64,000 nucleotides of DNA from the human T2T-CHM13v2.0 reference genome, Homo sapiens, in NCBI RefSeq assembly GCF_009914755.1, contig NC_060940.1; one strand, given 5' to 3'. Below, one piece after another: positions 39,126-55,540 of the stretch; position 1 is the first letter of the stretch, and each line of letters begins with the position of its first letter. The position numbers were made by a program, and so were the translations under genes. The notes under the pieces are model-generated. The model saw only the letters and a list, made by a program, of their open reading frames with translations. It was not told the DNA's origin and searched no databases.

Positions 39126-41227
39126 ATGAGAACAGAGACTTATAATCTAGGTAAGAAATAGATGTCTCAGAATGAAGTTAAGCCAGTAAGAAGAGGAGTA
39201 AGATATAAGAGAATCTGTGGTTGTAGTATAGTGACTAAAATTTGGGATTCAGATCAATGTGTATTTGAATTCCATCTCTACTGCTTATTAGCTCTATAGA
39301 CCTATGCCTCTATTCCTAACATGAAAAGACAATTGAGGTAGTTATGTACGTATCTTTGGTGGATTCCCACGTACCCTAGAAAAGTCAGGACTTTATAGAA
39401 CAGATTAGTGATGTCACAAAGGAGCACATTTTGACTCATGGTCTCAAAGATGACCCAAATCACTGACATCAAATTGTCTGGCATTAAGAAATGCACCTCC
39501 AGAAATTTCTACGATGTGTCACTCATCATTTTATTCTCAAAGATGTCAAGGTGTCTAATGTTTGTCCACTACAGGGTAAATAAATCTGCAACTGATTTAG
39601 AGCCTGTAGGCAAGGAGGAAATTCACAGGGATAACGAGTCATTTAAACTGCGTGGAGAGGAGGAACAATGTCAAGTTCTCACACAAGTGTTTGGGGATTC
39701 AAACCCCTCTCCCTTAAAGTAACAGTTAAGTCCCTTGCAGTGAGGATGGTAAAATATTAGAACAGTTTAGATGATATGGATGGCTTTTGGTTGTCTGTAT
39801 ACATTTTAGAGAGGTGAAAGTAAAAGTTTTGGTTTGGGATGGGCTGAATTTGTGGTATTCCTGGCATATGCAAGCAGGTCTGTCCAGACCAGGGATACGC
39901 TTAGTTGACTCACACGGACTCAAGTGTAGGAGTGTAGAAGACAATCCAGGGCAGAATCTAGATAAGTAAGACAAGTAAAAGGGAATCAGTGAAAGAAGTT
40001 AAAGGGATCTAGCTGGATGCATCAAGGGTAACCAAGCACACCTGTGCCATGCAAATCAAGAGGAAAAGCATCAAGATTGAGCACTCCTAGAATGTCTGCA
40101 GCCTCCTGAACCTTGCTTATTGTATTACATCACATTTATCATTAAAGTTGTGGAAACAAAGATTAGGAGGGGAAAAAAGTTCAGAATTGCATGAATGGCA
40201 CATTAACATGAGAACCAGGGAAAGCTGTGACACTGTTTAGGAGGGAAACACGATTCCGCGTCTGGTTACCCCTGTGAAACAAGTAACCACGTTTCTTACA
40301 ATTCAGCAGCTTAAGTAACGTTTAGCATTTTAATAAAAACTCATTTAATAAACACTCATATATATATGGAAGAGAAGAACATCCTCCTGGCCTTACCATA
40401 GGAAGCACTTTGGTCCTAGTTTTATATTTTTCAGAGAAGACGATGAAATTGGATTTTGAATGTCAAGGACACAGTTCAAAAGTTTCCAAACCTGGCGTGC
40501 CCACTTTGCTGGGGAAGAATAATGGGGTCAAATCTCTGCAACTGCTTGAGAAGTGTCACTCTATTGAATTGAATCAACTTCAGACAACTGGATTTTAACT
40601 GCGACTTGGGAACAGAATGTTGCAAATCGCGTGGCTGGATGAACTTTTCAGCGTCTCCATTCCTGACACATTTCCACAGAAGCCCTTTCAGCTGAAGGTC
40701 TCAGACCTCAGCTGCCTCCTTCCCAACGAGAATGCATTTTAATAGTGGTACAGGCCCGTGGGTCTGTGTTTTCACAGAGAACTGCCTTGGCTCCAGGGCC
40801 ACCTTGGCCGATATTCATTTTCCAAAGATAAAATAAAGCAGCAGACAACTAGCATGCAAGGGCATGATATTGGAATCAGGTGTAATCAATTGTAGGAATT
40901 CGGGAGTGAGCAGGGCTGTAGGCCATCCACTCAGGGGTTCTGAAGGCTCTTACAAATGGGGAAATTGGTTCCAAGAAAATGAATAGCAGAGATTCCTTAG
41001 GCCACATTGCGAACATATTGGCATTTTGTTCATTTTTGCTCTTTTTGATAAAGCAAAAAAAAAAAAAAAAAAAAAAATTTGGATTTTTCCTGTTCTCATT
41101 TTCAGGAACCATTTGCAGGAAAATTTATACGCTCTTTAGAGAACAAAGAAGATCAAAAATCTTAGAGATAGTATTGGCTAGGGTTCCCTTGTCGTTTATT
41201 TGGAAATTAGCTAACCATGAGAGGTGA

Positions 41228-41561
<334 letters not shown>

Positions 41562-41896
41562 CAAGATTAGAAAGTTCTTAGATCTTTGCCAGTAGATTTC
41601 TTTTCTAGTTCTTACTCATTTAGGACAAGTCCAAGGCCTAATGCTACTTTTTCGAAAGTTCTTTTACTAATTTAAAAATTTTAAAGTATTTAATGGGTAA
41701 CAGTCGAGGTATACAATATGATTTGATATATATTGCATACTGATTATTACAATCAGATTGACATTCATCACCACCTAGAGATACCATTTGTGAGTATATG
41801 TGGGGTGAGGTCACTTAAAATCTGCTCTTATCAAATTTCAAATACATTATCAACTATAGTCACCATGCTGTACATTAGATCCCCGCAGTTATATCA

Positions 41897-41939
41897 AGGT
41901 TGCTGCAAAGATAATTGTGATTTTACCATTAAAAGTAAT
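41897..41939. mobile_element. Half MADE1 (Hsmar1-derived MITE)
   Basis: AGGTTGCTGCAAAGATAATTGTGATTTTACCATTAAAAGTAAT resembles one MADE1 TIR plus spacer. Confidence 0.65.
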
Positions 41940-42218
41940 CCCTCCTTCCCCCAAGCCTCTGGCAACCACCTTTCTACTCTGCTTCTGAGTTCAACTCATT
42001 AGACGCCGTAAAGGAGATCACGCAGTATTTGTCTCTGTCTTGCTTATTTCCTTAGCATAATGTCCTCCAAGTTTATTCATAGTCAAAATAGCAGGATTTA
42101 AGTCTGAATGTTTCATTATACATATATAAAATGACATATACATACACCCGATATTTAAAGTCTGTAGATGAATACTTAGCTTGTTTCCATATATTGGCTA
42201 TTGTAAATAATGCTACAA

Positions 42219-42479
42219 GGCCGGATGTGATGGCTCACAGCTGTAATCCCAGCAGTTTGGGAGGCCGAGTTTGAGACAAGCCTGGCCAACACGGCAAAAC
42301 CCCGTGTTCTATACTGAAAATACAAAAATTAGCCGGGCGAGGTGGCATGCACCTATAACCCCAGCTACTTGGGTGGCTGAGACAAAGAATCACTTGAACC
42401 CTGGAGGCATAGGTGGCAGTGGGCCAAGATTGTACTTCTGCACTCCAGCCTGGACCACAGAGCAAGACTGTCTCAAAAA
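42219..42479 (+). mobile_element. Alu, AluS-type, left-arm deletion
   Basis: TSD AAATAATGCTAC/AAATAATGCTGC. Confidence 0.9.
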
Positions 42480-42679
42480 TAATGCTGCGATGAATATAGG
42501 ACTAACAGCTATCTTTTAGATACTGATTTCAACTCTTTTGAATATATACCTAAGATTTGGGTTGCTGAATCCTACTTTTAGAGGGATCTTCTGGCTGTTT
42601 TCTGTAGCAGCTGTACCAACGTACATTCCCACCTACACAGTGCAAGGATTTTTTTTCCCCACACATCCTCAGCAACACT

Positions 42680-42958
<279 letters not shown>

Positions 42959-43269
42959 ACCAACACTTATTTTTAACGATAGCTATATGTAACAGGTGTG
43001 AGGTGCTATCTCACTGTGGTTTTGATTTCCATTTCTCTGGTGAGGAGTGATGCTGAGCAGCTTTTCATATACCTGTTAGTCATTTCAGTGTCTTTGGAAA
43101 AGCTTCTAGTCTGTTCCTTCGCGCCTGCAAAGCAACACTTACTGCAGTCTTGCCACCACGTTTGTAATTATTTACTTCTTAAAAGTTTGAGGGCACTATA
43201 CTTGTTTTGATCACAATATAGTCCCAGTATGTTTCCCAAAGCCTAGTGTAGGCCTGACATGTAAAGCAT

Positions 43270-43541
43270 ATTTAGTTCGTTCTCACACTGCTATAAAAGA
43301 ACTACCTGAGACTACCTAATTTATCAAGAAAAGAGATTGAATTGACTCACAGTTCTGCAGGGCTAGCAGGAAGCACGACCGAGAGAGCTCAGGATACTCA
43401 CAACCATGGCAAAGGAGAAGCAGGCACGTCTTACTATGGTGGCTATGGGGCAAACCTGCCACACGCTTTTAAACAGCCAGATCTTGGAAGAGTTCACTAT
43501 CACGAGAACAGCACAAGGGAAACCGCCCCCATGGTCCAATC
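43270..43541 (-). mobile_element. MSTA LTR, truncated
   Basis: TTAGTTCGTTCTCACACTGCTATAAA...CCGCCCCCATGGTCCAATC. Confidence 0.85.
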
Positions 43542-44660
43542 CAATTGTAAAGCGAGTGCAATGCTGCCAAGCTTGCAGGTGCATCTGCTGGGGATAGCAA
43601 ATGAAGGTATCAGACACACCTAAGTTGCATTTATTTAAGACGACTTCACTATGCCCCTTTGTTATTTTTCCTGACTAAAAGAATGTTTGCTTTTCACATG
43701 AAAGACATAAGATAGCAAAAGTAAGTCCTTTTTCCTGATTCAGAAAAGTCACTAATAGTTTCAAGTCACTAGGTTTGTGATTTGTGAAAGCGGCAATGGG
43801 AACCTAAAACAGTCCTCTTCAAATTAATCACATTTTCCCCTTTATTATGAAAGTTATGGAAAACATGGCTAATGGATGAATATGCCGTTTACATAATTTC
43901 TTGGGGAACTGAAGTAATTCCATTTCAAAGCCCAATTTGACTTTTTCCAGTTATTACATTGGTGTAAATGGGAAAAGGTGAGGTTATTTCGTCACATCAA
44001 AGTACTGCATTTCTTGGGTAGCATTCAGCAAAAGCCATGAATGCAATTAGAGGTGACGGGTTTTTTCTAAAAGAATTACTATCTTATCTGATGGCAGCTT
44101 CTTCTAGGCACTGTATCCCATTCTAGCAGCCCTTAACCGCCCCCCCCCCCCCCCACATTGTCAGAGTCCTGGGCTCAATAAAGAACTCTTTTTTTAAAAA
44201 AGTTTTCTTTGGTCCTATAACAGAGGCGAGAGAGAGGCGAGAAAGAGAATAGATTTTTCTGCAGGACCTTTCATTTCAAGGTGTCAGGGAGCATTACTGG
44301 GAAGTGTAAAGATTTGGTCTTTGCTAAAATATGTCACCCCTGCTTTGAGAGGCTGTGCTCCAACGTAAGTGGCTGCACATTTAATTTCTTTCGTGACTGA
44401 AGCCTCTGATCTAGACCCCAAGCAAGAAGCATGGGCAGCAAGCAGTTTGCAGAAAGAAGTACAGCTCAAATCTAGCAAGGTGAAAGAGAGGAAGAGAGAT
44501 TTGTTGGAGAAAAAACGAGGCTTTGGGTTTATATCTCGTCTAACTTCGGAGACTTGACTCGACAGGGCCATTGTCGTAAGTTTTACAAAGAAAGAATTTG
44601 GTATTGGTTTTCTGTCGGTTATCCTTACCTTTTGTCTTCTAGTAGAGCATGGCAAAAGAG

Positions 44661-46136
44661 CGTAACCACCCAGTGGATTCACCTTGCCCACTGCCTAGAC
44701 AGGGTGATTTATCAAGAAAAATAAATTGCAATAGAGAAAAAGTCATATTATGCAGGGATGGCTGCAAGAGAGACTGGAGTTTCGCTACTGCTCAAATCAG
44801 TCTCCCGAAGCACGCGGGAAAACAGCTTTTAAAGATAACTTGCTGTGTGGGGCAGGCCAGTGCATCAGCAGTGCTGATTGGTTGGGTCAGAGATGAAATC
44901 ATGGGGAATCAAGGGTGACTTGTGCTGAGTCAGCTCTTGGGTGGGGCGGCCACAAGATCAGCTGAGAGAGTTTATTGATCTGAATGGTGCCAGCTGATCC
45001 ATCAAGTGCAGGGTCTGGAAAATACCTCCAGCACTGATCTTCAGCTTTACAATAGCGATGTTGTCCCCAGGAGCAATTTGAGGAGGGTCAGAATCTTGTA
45101 GCCTCGAGCATGACTCCTAAACCATAATTTCTAATCTTTTGACTAATTTGTTAGTCCTACAAAGGCAATCTCGTCCCCAGGCAAGAAGGGGAAAGGGCTG
45201 TTACCATCGTTTCAAGCTGTAATCTGTAAACTAAGTTTCTCCCAAAGCTAATTCAGCCTCCAGGAGTTCAGGAATGAACAAGGACAGCTTGGAGGTTAGA
45301 AGCAAGATGGAGTTAGTTAGTTCAGATCTTTGTCACTGTTGAGGGCTAAGCTCTGATTTTTTTATCTTACCCACATTCCTACCTAAGGGTGGGGGGAGGT
45401 GTAGGGAGTCATGCCCTACAAACCATAAATTCTCATCAGATGGGTTTTATTTGACCCTATATATCGTGACTCACTTTTCAATCTGACTCTGGCAAAACAT
45501 TATAAGACAAGGAAAAAAATATTTAACCCGAAGATGTATTTCCTTGCCATACCTTGAAATTGCCCTGCAAAGTGTCTTGTGGGAAAAATTCACATTCTAT
45601 AGAGAATCCCCTTCCCCCTTTCTTTTCCTTCCTTCCTTCCCAGATCCAGAAGATAATCAACTAAGAGCCAGGTACCTTTTTAGGTCCCAGGTCCCATAAG
45701 AAACATTTTACAACCTGCTCTCTCTAAAGTCATCTATCTAAGAGCTTCCTCTGCACAATAAAACTTGGTTTCCACAATCCTTTATCTTTAACCTGAACAT
45801 TCCTATCAATCCCACATGTTCAGATAACCTCAACCAATTGTCAACCAGAAAATGTTTAAATTTACCTATAGCCTGGAAGCTCCCACTCTGAATTGTCCCA
45901 CCTTTCTAAAGCAAACCAATGTATTTCTTACATGTATTTGATGTTTCATGCATCCTGAAATACATCAAACCAAGCTGCACCCCAACCACCTTGGGCACAT
46001 GTTCTCAGGACCTCCTGAGGGCAGTGTCACGGGCCATGGTCACTCATATTTGGCTCAGAATAAATCTCTTCAAATATCTTACAGTTTGACTCTTCATCAA
46101 CATGGTGTCAGTTAAAATTTTGCAATGGCGGTTTCA
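44661..46136 (-). mobile_element. LTR8 solo LTR (ERV1), split by MER4
   Basis: Ends ..GCAATGGCGGTTTCA and CGTAACC..TTCACCTTGCCC; 4-bp TSD AGAG (44657-44660, 46137-46140). Confidence 0.88.
45340..46102 (+). mobile_element. MER4E/D-type solo LTR (ERV1) nested in LTR8
   Basis: TGAGGGCTAAGCTCTGATTTT...GGCTCAGAATAAATCTCTTCAAA..TCAACA. Confidence 0.85.
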
Positions 46137-46694
46137 AGAGTGAGGAAGAGCCGGAGAGAGCGGAGCAGAATTGTAGGCAAGGATGTTGGCCGTGCCAGTG
46201 TTTGAGCTCTGGCATGACATTGAACATGAGTAGAGTTAAACCAATATAAGATATAATCCTTTGTACTGAGGAAATTAAATCTCTTACACAAGAAAATATG
46301 CCCTTTACCTATGACAAGTCACATAAATTAAAGATGCCCCAATTTCCTTCCAATTCCAAGCATCCTTTCATTGGCCCAGGAGGCAAGAGCCAAAACTTGC
46401 CAGGGAAAGTTGGATCACTGTATTCTCTGCATTGTAAACGTATGCCATTTACTTACTGCATTTAGGTAAAGCTTAAACTCCTCCACCTGCATGTGTCTTT
46501 AAACTTCCTCACTAAGATCCTGTGGCAACCAATTAAGTAGAAATCAATTTACTGGCAGAAAACCCTTCTCCAGGTTTTCTCAATGAGAAGTCTTCTAAAA
46601 GATTCTGTATGTTCGAACTCATGAAACTTTCTGAGGCACCTCCACCCAACTCACAAAGCATATGGTCATAGGCTAAAGAGAGGTAGAATGGGGT

Positions 46695-46815
46695 AATAGA
46701 GACATGCTATGTTACTAACATGCTGTGTTAGTAACTCTTAGCCTCAAACAAACCCCCTGCCTTAGCCTCCCAAAGTACTGGAATCACAGGTGTGAGCCAC
46801 GGCAGTGCTGGCCCA
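46695..46815 (-). mobile_element. Alu left-arm/FLAM fragment, locally rearranged
   Basis: TAGAGAC..GCTATGTT..GCCTCCCAAAGTACTGGAATCACAGGTGTGAGCCAC. Confidence 0.8.
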
Positions 46816-47358
46816 GGCTGAATTTTGACTCTTTTCTCTGAAAAGACTCATTTATCCAAATTCTATCAACTGACTACCTTAATGTCCATAAGCTAAATCT
46901 AAAGAACAAAACAAATCCAAAACAAAGACAAAAGCCACGATTCTACATTACATCTGCCTAATAATGAAAAACACACTCTTCACCTTTTTCACCTGTACCC
47001 TAATTTATAGGAGTTTGTAACAGGGTCTGAGGCTGAAGGTATTTTTTTTTTTAGCCATTCTAATTCAATTAGTCGGCAATAAAAATGAACAAAAGAAAGC
47101 CATTATGCAAATATATGGCCATTCAAAGTCAGAAATTGGGGTCAGGAGGGAGAGGATGGGAAGAATAAAGACTGGGAGAATTTTTTTTTCTTGGCGGAGT
47201 TCATTCCTGTTTTATTGTAATATTAATTTTCTAAATGATTACTGATATTCAAAGTCAACATACGGGATGGTCGGTCTTATCTCTCACATTCCAGCTGTAC
47301 TGAGTAATACATTTCCTTAAAAAAAACACCTCTGTTTTTTTTACTTCCGGATCTAGAG

Positions 47359-47936
<578 letters not shown>

Positions 47937-47944
47937 CTCTTCAC

Positions 47945-48250
47945 CCATGCTACTCTAAGTGTGGTGCATGGACAGCTGCACCACCATCACCTGGGAAATT
48001 TTCTCAAAAGCAGCGTCTCAGGTCAGACCCAAACCTATAGGATCAGAATTTGCCTTTAAAGGTCCCCAGGTGATGCACATTAAAGATTGAGCTGCACTGC
48101 TCCCTGGGAATGTTTCTTAATTTCACCCTATCAGGAACATCAAGGAGCCTTGTTAAAAAGGCAGATACCCAAACACTTCCCCTGGAAATTCTGACGCGAG
48201 AGTATCTGGTTGGGGACTAGGAATGTGTGTTTTTAACAGGTTGTTCAGTT
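47945..48250. mobile_element. Two adjacent MER5-type hAT elements
   Basis: CATCACCTGGGAA..CCCCAGGTGATGCACATTAAAG; CTTGTTAAAA..CAGA..TTTTTAACAGG. Confidence 0.65.
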
Positions 48251-49324
48251 GGTTCAAATAAATGTCTAAATTGGAGTATTTCATTTTGACAGCGCTCTCT
48301 AGGGAAGCCACCCCATGCTCTCCTTTGCTTCCTTTTAAACCTGCATGGGCCCAGACAAGCAAAGGTGCTTAGACAAAAACTGTAGTTTTGTAAATTAGAA
48401 AGAACAGAGCAGCTTCCTTGATTTGCAACCCCTTGACCACAGAGAGATTAGTGCCTGCTCTCACTCTGGGCTTCCCTGCCTTCTCCCCATCCTACCCCCT
48501 CCTCAACACTACCTGCAGGGATCTTCAAATACGTTACCCTGAGACTTGGCAAAAAATGGGCCAGCATCCCTGGACTCGAAAAGTGTAACTAGAGCCCCAG
48601 GGAGGGAAAAAAAATTGTAGGAAAAAATAGAGAGTGAGAAAGGGAGTGGGGAGCATTAGAGGGAGATGTCCTCCCCCTTTCTTTGAAACAGCTTTAAACA
48701 GTGAACCACATCTGGTTTTCATAAGCACCAATACCAGGTGTAAGACATTCTGTGAGCAATCACCTCTGGCTGATGGAGTGGAATATGGCACATTATCAAG
48801 AATAAATGAGACAAAATATTCCAATTACAGATGCATCCTACTTCTTTCTGTCTCATGCCAAGCGTTTGTCTCAATCGTTCAAACTACAAATTACCCCCAT
48901 GCTCACGAAGGACTGCCGAGTGGGCAAACACCAAGGTTTCTGCTTAGAAAGAGATCGTTGGTGTTTGTTAACATTGGAGAATTTGTGTTTGGAGAAACGA
49001 GGTGGTTTGAGTAGCTTGTCTTTTCCCACCAGGACATACGGCACGACGTTGGGTGGGGATATTCCAGGCTCAGATAATAATGCAGAAATTCAAAGGATAT
49101 TAACATCAACATTAAGCTGTCTTAAGAGTAATATGGAAATTGCAATGTTATTTTATTTGTTGGAGATCAAAAGGATCTATGACCTAATTAGGGAACTGGC
49201 TAAATAAATTATGGCATATCAATAAGAGAGGCTAGGCAGCCAAAAAGTTAGGTTTTTAAAGAATATTGAATAACATGGGGAAAATGGTCACAGTAAAATA
49301 AAAATAATAGCACTCTCATTAAAA

Positions 49325-49556
49325 ATAATAGCCACCAGTGATTGAATCCTTATGACATGCCAGAAACTCTGTTAAGCACTGTATGTGTGCCCCAGCATAT
49401 AATTTACAACAGCCCTGGGAGGTAGGTGTAATTTCCCCAAAATTTCAGAAAGTTAAATAACTGGCCCGAGATCAAACACTCAGCGTGTGGTGGAACTGAG
49501 TAGCAAATTCAGGCCCGTTCAATTCCAGAATCTGAGCCTTTAACCCCTATGCTATT
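49325..49556 (-). mobile_element. MIR
   Basis: TTACAACAGCCCTGGGAGGTAGG..GTTAAATAACTGGCCC..CTTTAACC. Confidence 0.7.
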
Positions 49557-49789
49557 ATACTAATTTCACTTTCAATGAAATTAAAACAAATGGGAAATGA
49601 TGAAAACTGTGTTTGTTTGTTTGTTTTTCCTGGGTGGTAGGAGTAAAGATGATTGTTTTGTTTTGATTTGTCCTTGGTTTTCCAAATTTCCTACATTCTT
49701 TTCTATGTACATATTCTATAGTGCAAGTCTCCTATATTCTGAAACAGAATCAGAAAAAAATAAACTTGGTTTAAAATGTTTCATTTCTA

Positions 49790-50069
<280 letters not shown>

Positions 50070-50186
50070 TCATTTCTGTTATTTCATATTTTCAATCCTT
50101 GATTGCTTGTAAACAGTTTGTAATTTTAGCCACATCAATTTGATAGATTGAAAAATAATTAATGTGCTTTAAAACATGTGTAAACA

Positions 50187-50458
50187 GGGTGGGTGGGGTG
50201 GCTCATGCTTGTAATCCCAGCACTTTGGGATGCTAAGGCAGGAGGATCACTTGAGTACAAGAGTTTAAGACATCACAAGACCTCATCTCTATAAAAAATT
50301 TAAAAATTATGAGGGCGTGGTGGTGCATGCCTGTAGTCCCAGCTTCTCAGGAGGCTAAAGTGGATAGATTACTTGAGCCCAGGAATTTGAGGTTGCAGTG
50401 AGCTATGACCCCATCACTGTACTTCAGCCTGGGTGACAGTGAGACCTTGTCCCTAAAA
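50187..50458 (+). mobile_element. Alu, AluJ-type
   Basis: CTTGAGCCCAGGAATTTGAGG; GAGCTATGA. Confidence 0.9.
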
Positions 50459-50746
50459 TGTATATAAACATGTTTATATGTTTATGTTTGATAAAATGTT
50501 TTATATAGTCCGTTAATAAAATATACTTTATACATACATAAAATATAAATATATACATACGTACTTAGAGTTTGTATATATAAAATGTATAAACGATTCT
50601 CCTAGCTGTAACTACTGTCATCATCATAGAAAGGGCAGATTTGGGGACCCACCTACCTCTGGGGTACACAGAACCCGCAAATCCAGTTCACAGTGGGGTC
50701 TGGCATTTTAACCTGGGGTACTCAAAGGAAGTACAGCAAGGCGATG

Positions 50747-51690
<944 letters not shown>

Positions 51691-51885
51691 ATGGCTAATT
51701 TGTAAGCTTGAGAACTAAGTACCTATGTTCATGCACCAGTTGGCTGACTGTGAACATGTTTGAAAAAAAAATTGAGTCTTTTGCTCATATGTAAAAAGGG
51801 AAATTAATATCCACCTAATAAGAGCATTTTGGAGGTTAAGTGGGTTCGTACTGTACAGACTGGTGGCATCAAAGGTGGTATGTAA

Positions 51886-52211
<326 letters not shown>

Positions 52212-52419
52212 CATCATTCCCATCTTTATCATGAGAATTAGAATGAAGGGGGTTGCTCCTACCTTGGCTCCAAATATGAATGCTGGCCTCATGAGCAGCA
52301 AGCAGTCATCCTTTCTTTTTCTATCAAGAATGAGCTGCACACTCGCTTCACGCCAGGCTCTGCAGAGGCATAAGAGGCATCATATGAAGATGGAATTGAG
52401 AGTTGAGGAGATAACCATG

Positions 52420-52820
52420 TGGAATAGGAAGATTCACAACCCAGAGCAGAAGAAAGTGACATCCAAGAAGGTTTCCCAGAGGGGTGACATCCAAGCTGAC
52501 AACACTTGAAGCATGACTACAATTCTCCAGACAAAAAGAGAGAGATGATTCCAGGCGAGGGAACAGCAAGTGTGGAGGCTCAGAGGTGTTGGTACCAGCA
52601 ACACCTGGTCTGGGTAACTAATGACCTGGCAGATAATGGCTTGAACCAAAGGTGGGTTGGGCAAGAATAAGAGGTAGACCTGGAGAGCAGCAAAGGCCAG
52701 AGGGAGTGCAAACCAAGCCTAACATGCAAGGCTTAGACATGCTCATTTACAAAAAGGGGAGCCCTGGTGGGTTTCAGCTTAGGAATGACACAACAATCAT
52801 GTGAGGAAGACCATCCTGCT
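52420..52820 (-). mobile_element. L2 fragment
   Basis: GTTTCCCAGAGGGGTGACATCCAAGCTGA, TTCCAGGCGAGGGAACAGCAAGTG. Confidence 0.55.
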
Positions 52821-53774
52821 GGCCACTGGGGATACACAGCTCCCTCATTCACAAATTCACTTTTATGTCTGCTGCCAGGGAAGAGCCGCTCTTAGTTATG
52901 AGAGAGGGAAGAGTTCAGACTGGAGTTCTGCGACAAATGCATTGCATTTACGCAAATCCACGGATCTTCCTGGATCTTGGTTTTCTCATCTATAAATGAG
53001 AACAATTCATGCAGAGCACCCTGCACATTGGAGCAGGAAAGTGTATGAAACATAGCACAGGTTTTCTCTCTGTACTAACCAGAACTCATATCCCGGTTAC
53101 TTCCAAACTATTTTTCCAGCCTTTAGCCATGTGCCTTAACCTCCCTGAACCTCAGTCCCTCATCTGGGAATTCATAACAGTACCTATAATCAAGAGTCAC
53201 TGTGGGCATGAAATAAAAGAATGCCTATGCTTGTTTCATACAGTGTTGAGATTGCACGCAATAAATAAGAGATATCATCATTATTGTTGTTATTATTACA
53301 CTCTGAACTATTCTGCACAAACATGGCATTGTTCCTTCTATACAGGCAGTATTGAGAGTTAAAGTGCCAAGCGCAATGTCTGTCGCAAGTTGATTCATAA
53401 TAAAAGGGCACTTACTTTCCCCTTCTTAATAGGTACTCAATCAAAACAGCTTTTAAACAGATCATTCATGCATCCACTTATTTATTCCCCCACAGTGTAT
53501 TGAACTTCATGTACCTGGAATTGTACAAGGTTCTGAAGATATGGTGATAGGTCAGATACAGTCATTACTCTCAAGCTGGAATTCATTTAATGGGTTTATA
53601 TCATGCATTCTCACTGGTGACAATATTTCTCCCAAGGAAGTAAAAATTGGTTCTTGGGGGGAGGGAGAAGACAAACAATCTCAAATATGACAAGGTGTGT
53701 GTGACCTTCCAAAGGGCCACAGTACATAAACAGATATACAATGCATCCATGATATTAAAGTTAATAAAACAGTA

Positions 53775-54248
53775 TTCATTATTCATGATAGCCAAAAGAT
53801 GGAAACACCCCAAATGTCCATTAACAGATAAAAGTATGAGCAAAATGTCGTCTAGCCACACAGTGAATATTATTCAGCCTTTCCATGAAGCTCTGCTCCA
53901 GGCTACAACATGGATGAAACCTTGAAAACATTATGTTAAGTGAAGAAGCTAGACACAAAAGACCACATATTGTATGATTCCTTTTTTGTGAAATGTTCAG
54001 AATAGGCAATTCCACAGACAGAGAAAGCAAATTAAAGCAAATTAGTGGTTTCCAGACATTAGAGGGGATGACGGGGATAGGAAGGGACTGCTAATGTGTA
54101 AGGAATTTCCATTTGGGGTGGTACAAATGCTCTGGAATTAGATAGTGGTGACATTTGCACAACATCATGCATGAACTTAATGCCACTGAATAGTATACTT
54201 TAAAATGGTTAAAATGGTGAACCCGTACATGTATTTTACTCTAAAAGC
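53775..54248 (+). mobile_element. L1MB 3' end, apparently inside a hAT-Charlie remnant (~53600-54305)
   Basis: GCTACAACATGGATGAAACCTTGAAAACATTATG, GGAATTAGATAGTGGTGA, TTTAAAATGGTTAAAATGGTGAA. Confidence 0.82.
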
Positions 54249-54690
54249 AAAATAATTTTAGACTTATAAGTAGGGTGATAGTGGAAAAAAAAGTTGAGAA
54301 ACGCTGGTTTCGATGGATGTATAGACAAATAAGCTCAGCAAATAAACATCTCTTGTTTCGTCTCCGCATGCTTAATGATCTCGATGTTCCAGAAGGAAGG
54401 GGTCTCCATAAACCACCATCAGTCTGGCAATCGTTACTTAGTTGATGGGTCTCTCTCAGAAGACGATTCTGTCTGTCCCGCTGCATTAGTGTGTAAGAGC
54501 TCAGAGTGTCAGCCTAGAGCACTACGGATTTACAGCACCTAATCCCTTCCTTCATGAGTAAGCAAGACCAGCAAGCATAGCAGGAAACCAAGGTGAGTGG
54601 TGGCACAGACAGAATTGGAGGCAGAAGGGACCTCTGAGGGCTGGGTGCCCAGAAGGAGGCTTTATAAGAGCTGTGAGTTCTGAAGGAAGG

Positions 54691-55419
<729 letters not shown>

Positions 55420-55540
55420 GATGGTAATGACCTAAACTGATAATATCAGCAGGTCTTTTTAATTGCTAGGGTTAGCATTGCTTTTTACCCCATGGCATCC
55501 CCATCCCCTTACACAATTTATGTCTCTAAGATTCACTGTT

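Noticed and set aside
44138-44154. Poly(C) run, and the isolated poly(A) run at ~41055-41077
   Set aside because: Simple homopolymers with no attached retrocopy or TSD that I can identify.
48534-49207. Overlapping 96-133 aa ORFs in unique sequence
   Set aside because: No recognisable domain, overlapping frames on both strands, and lengths compatible with chance.
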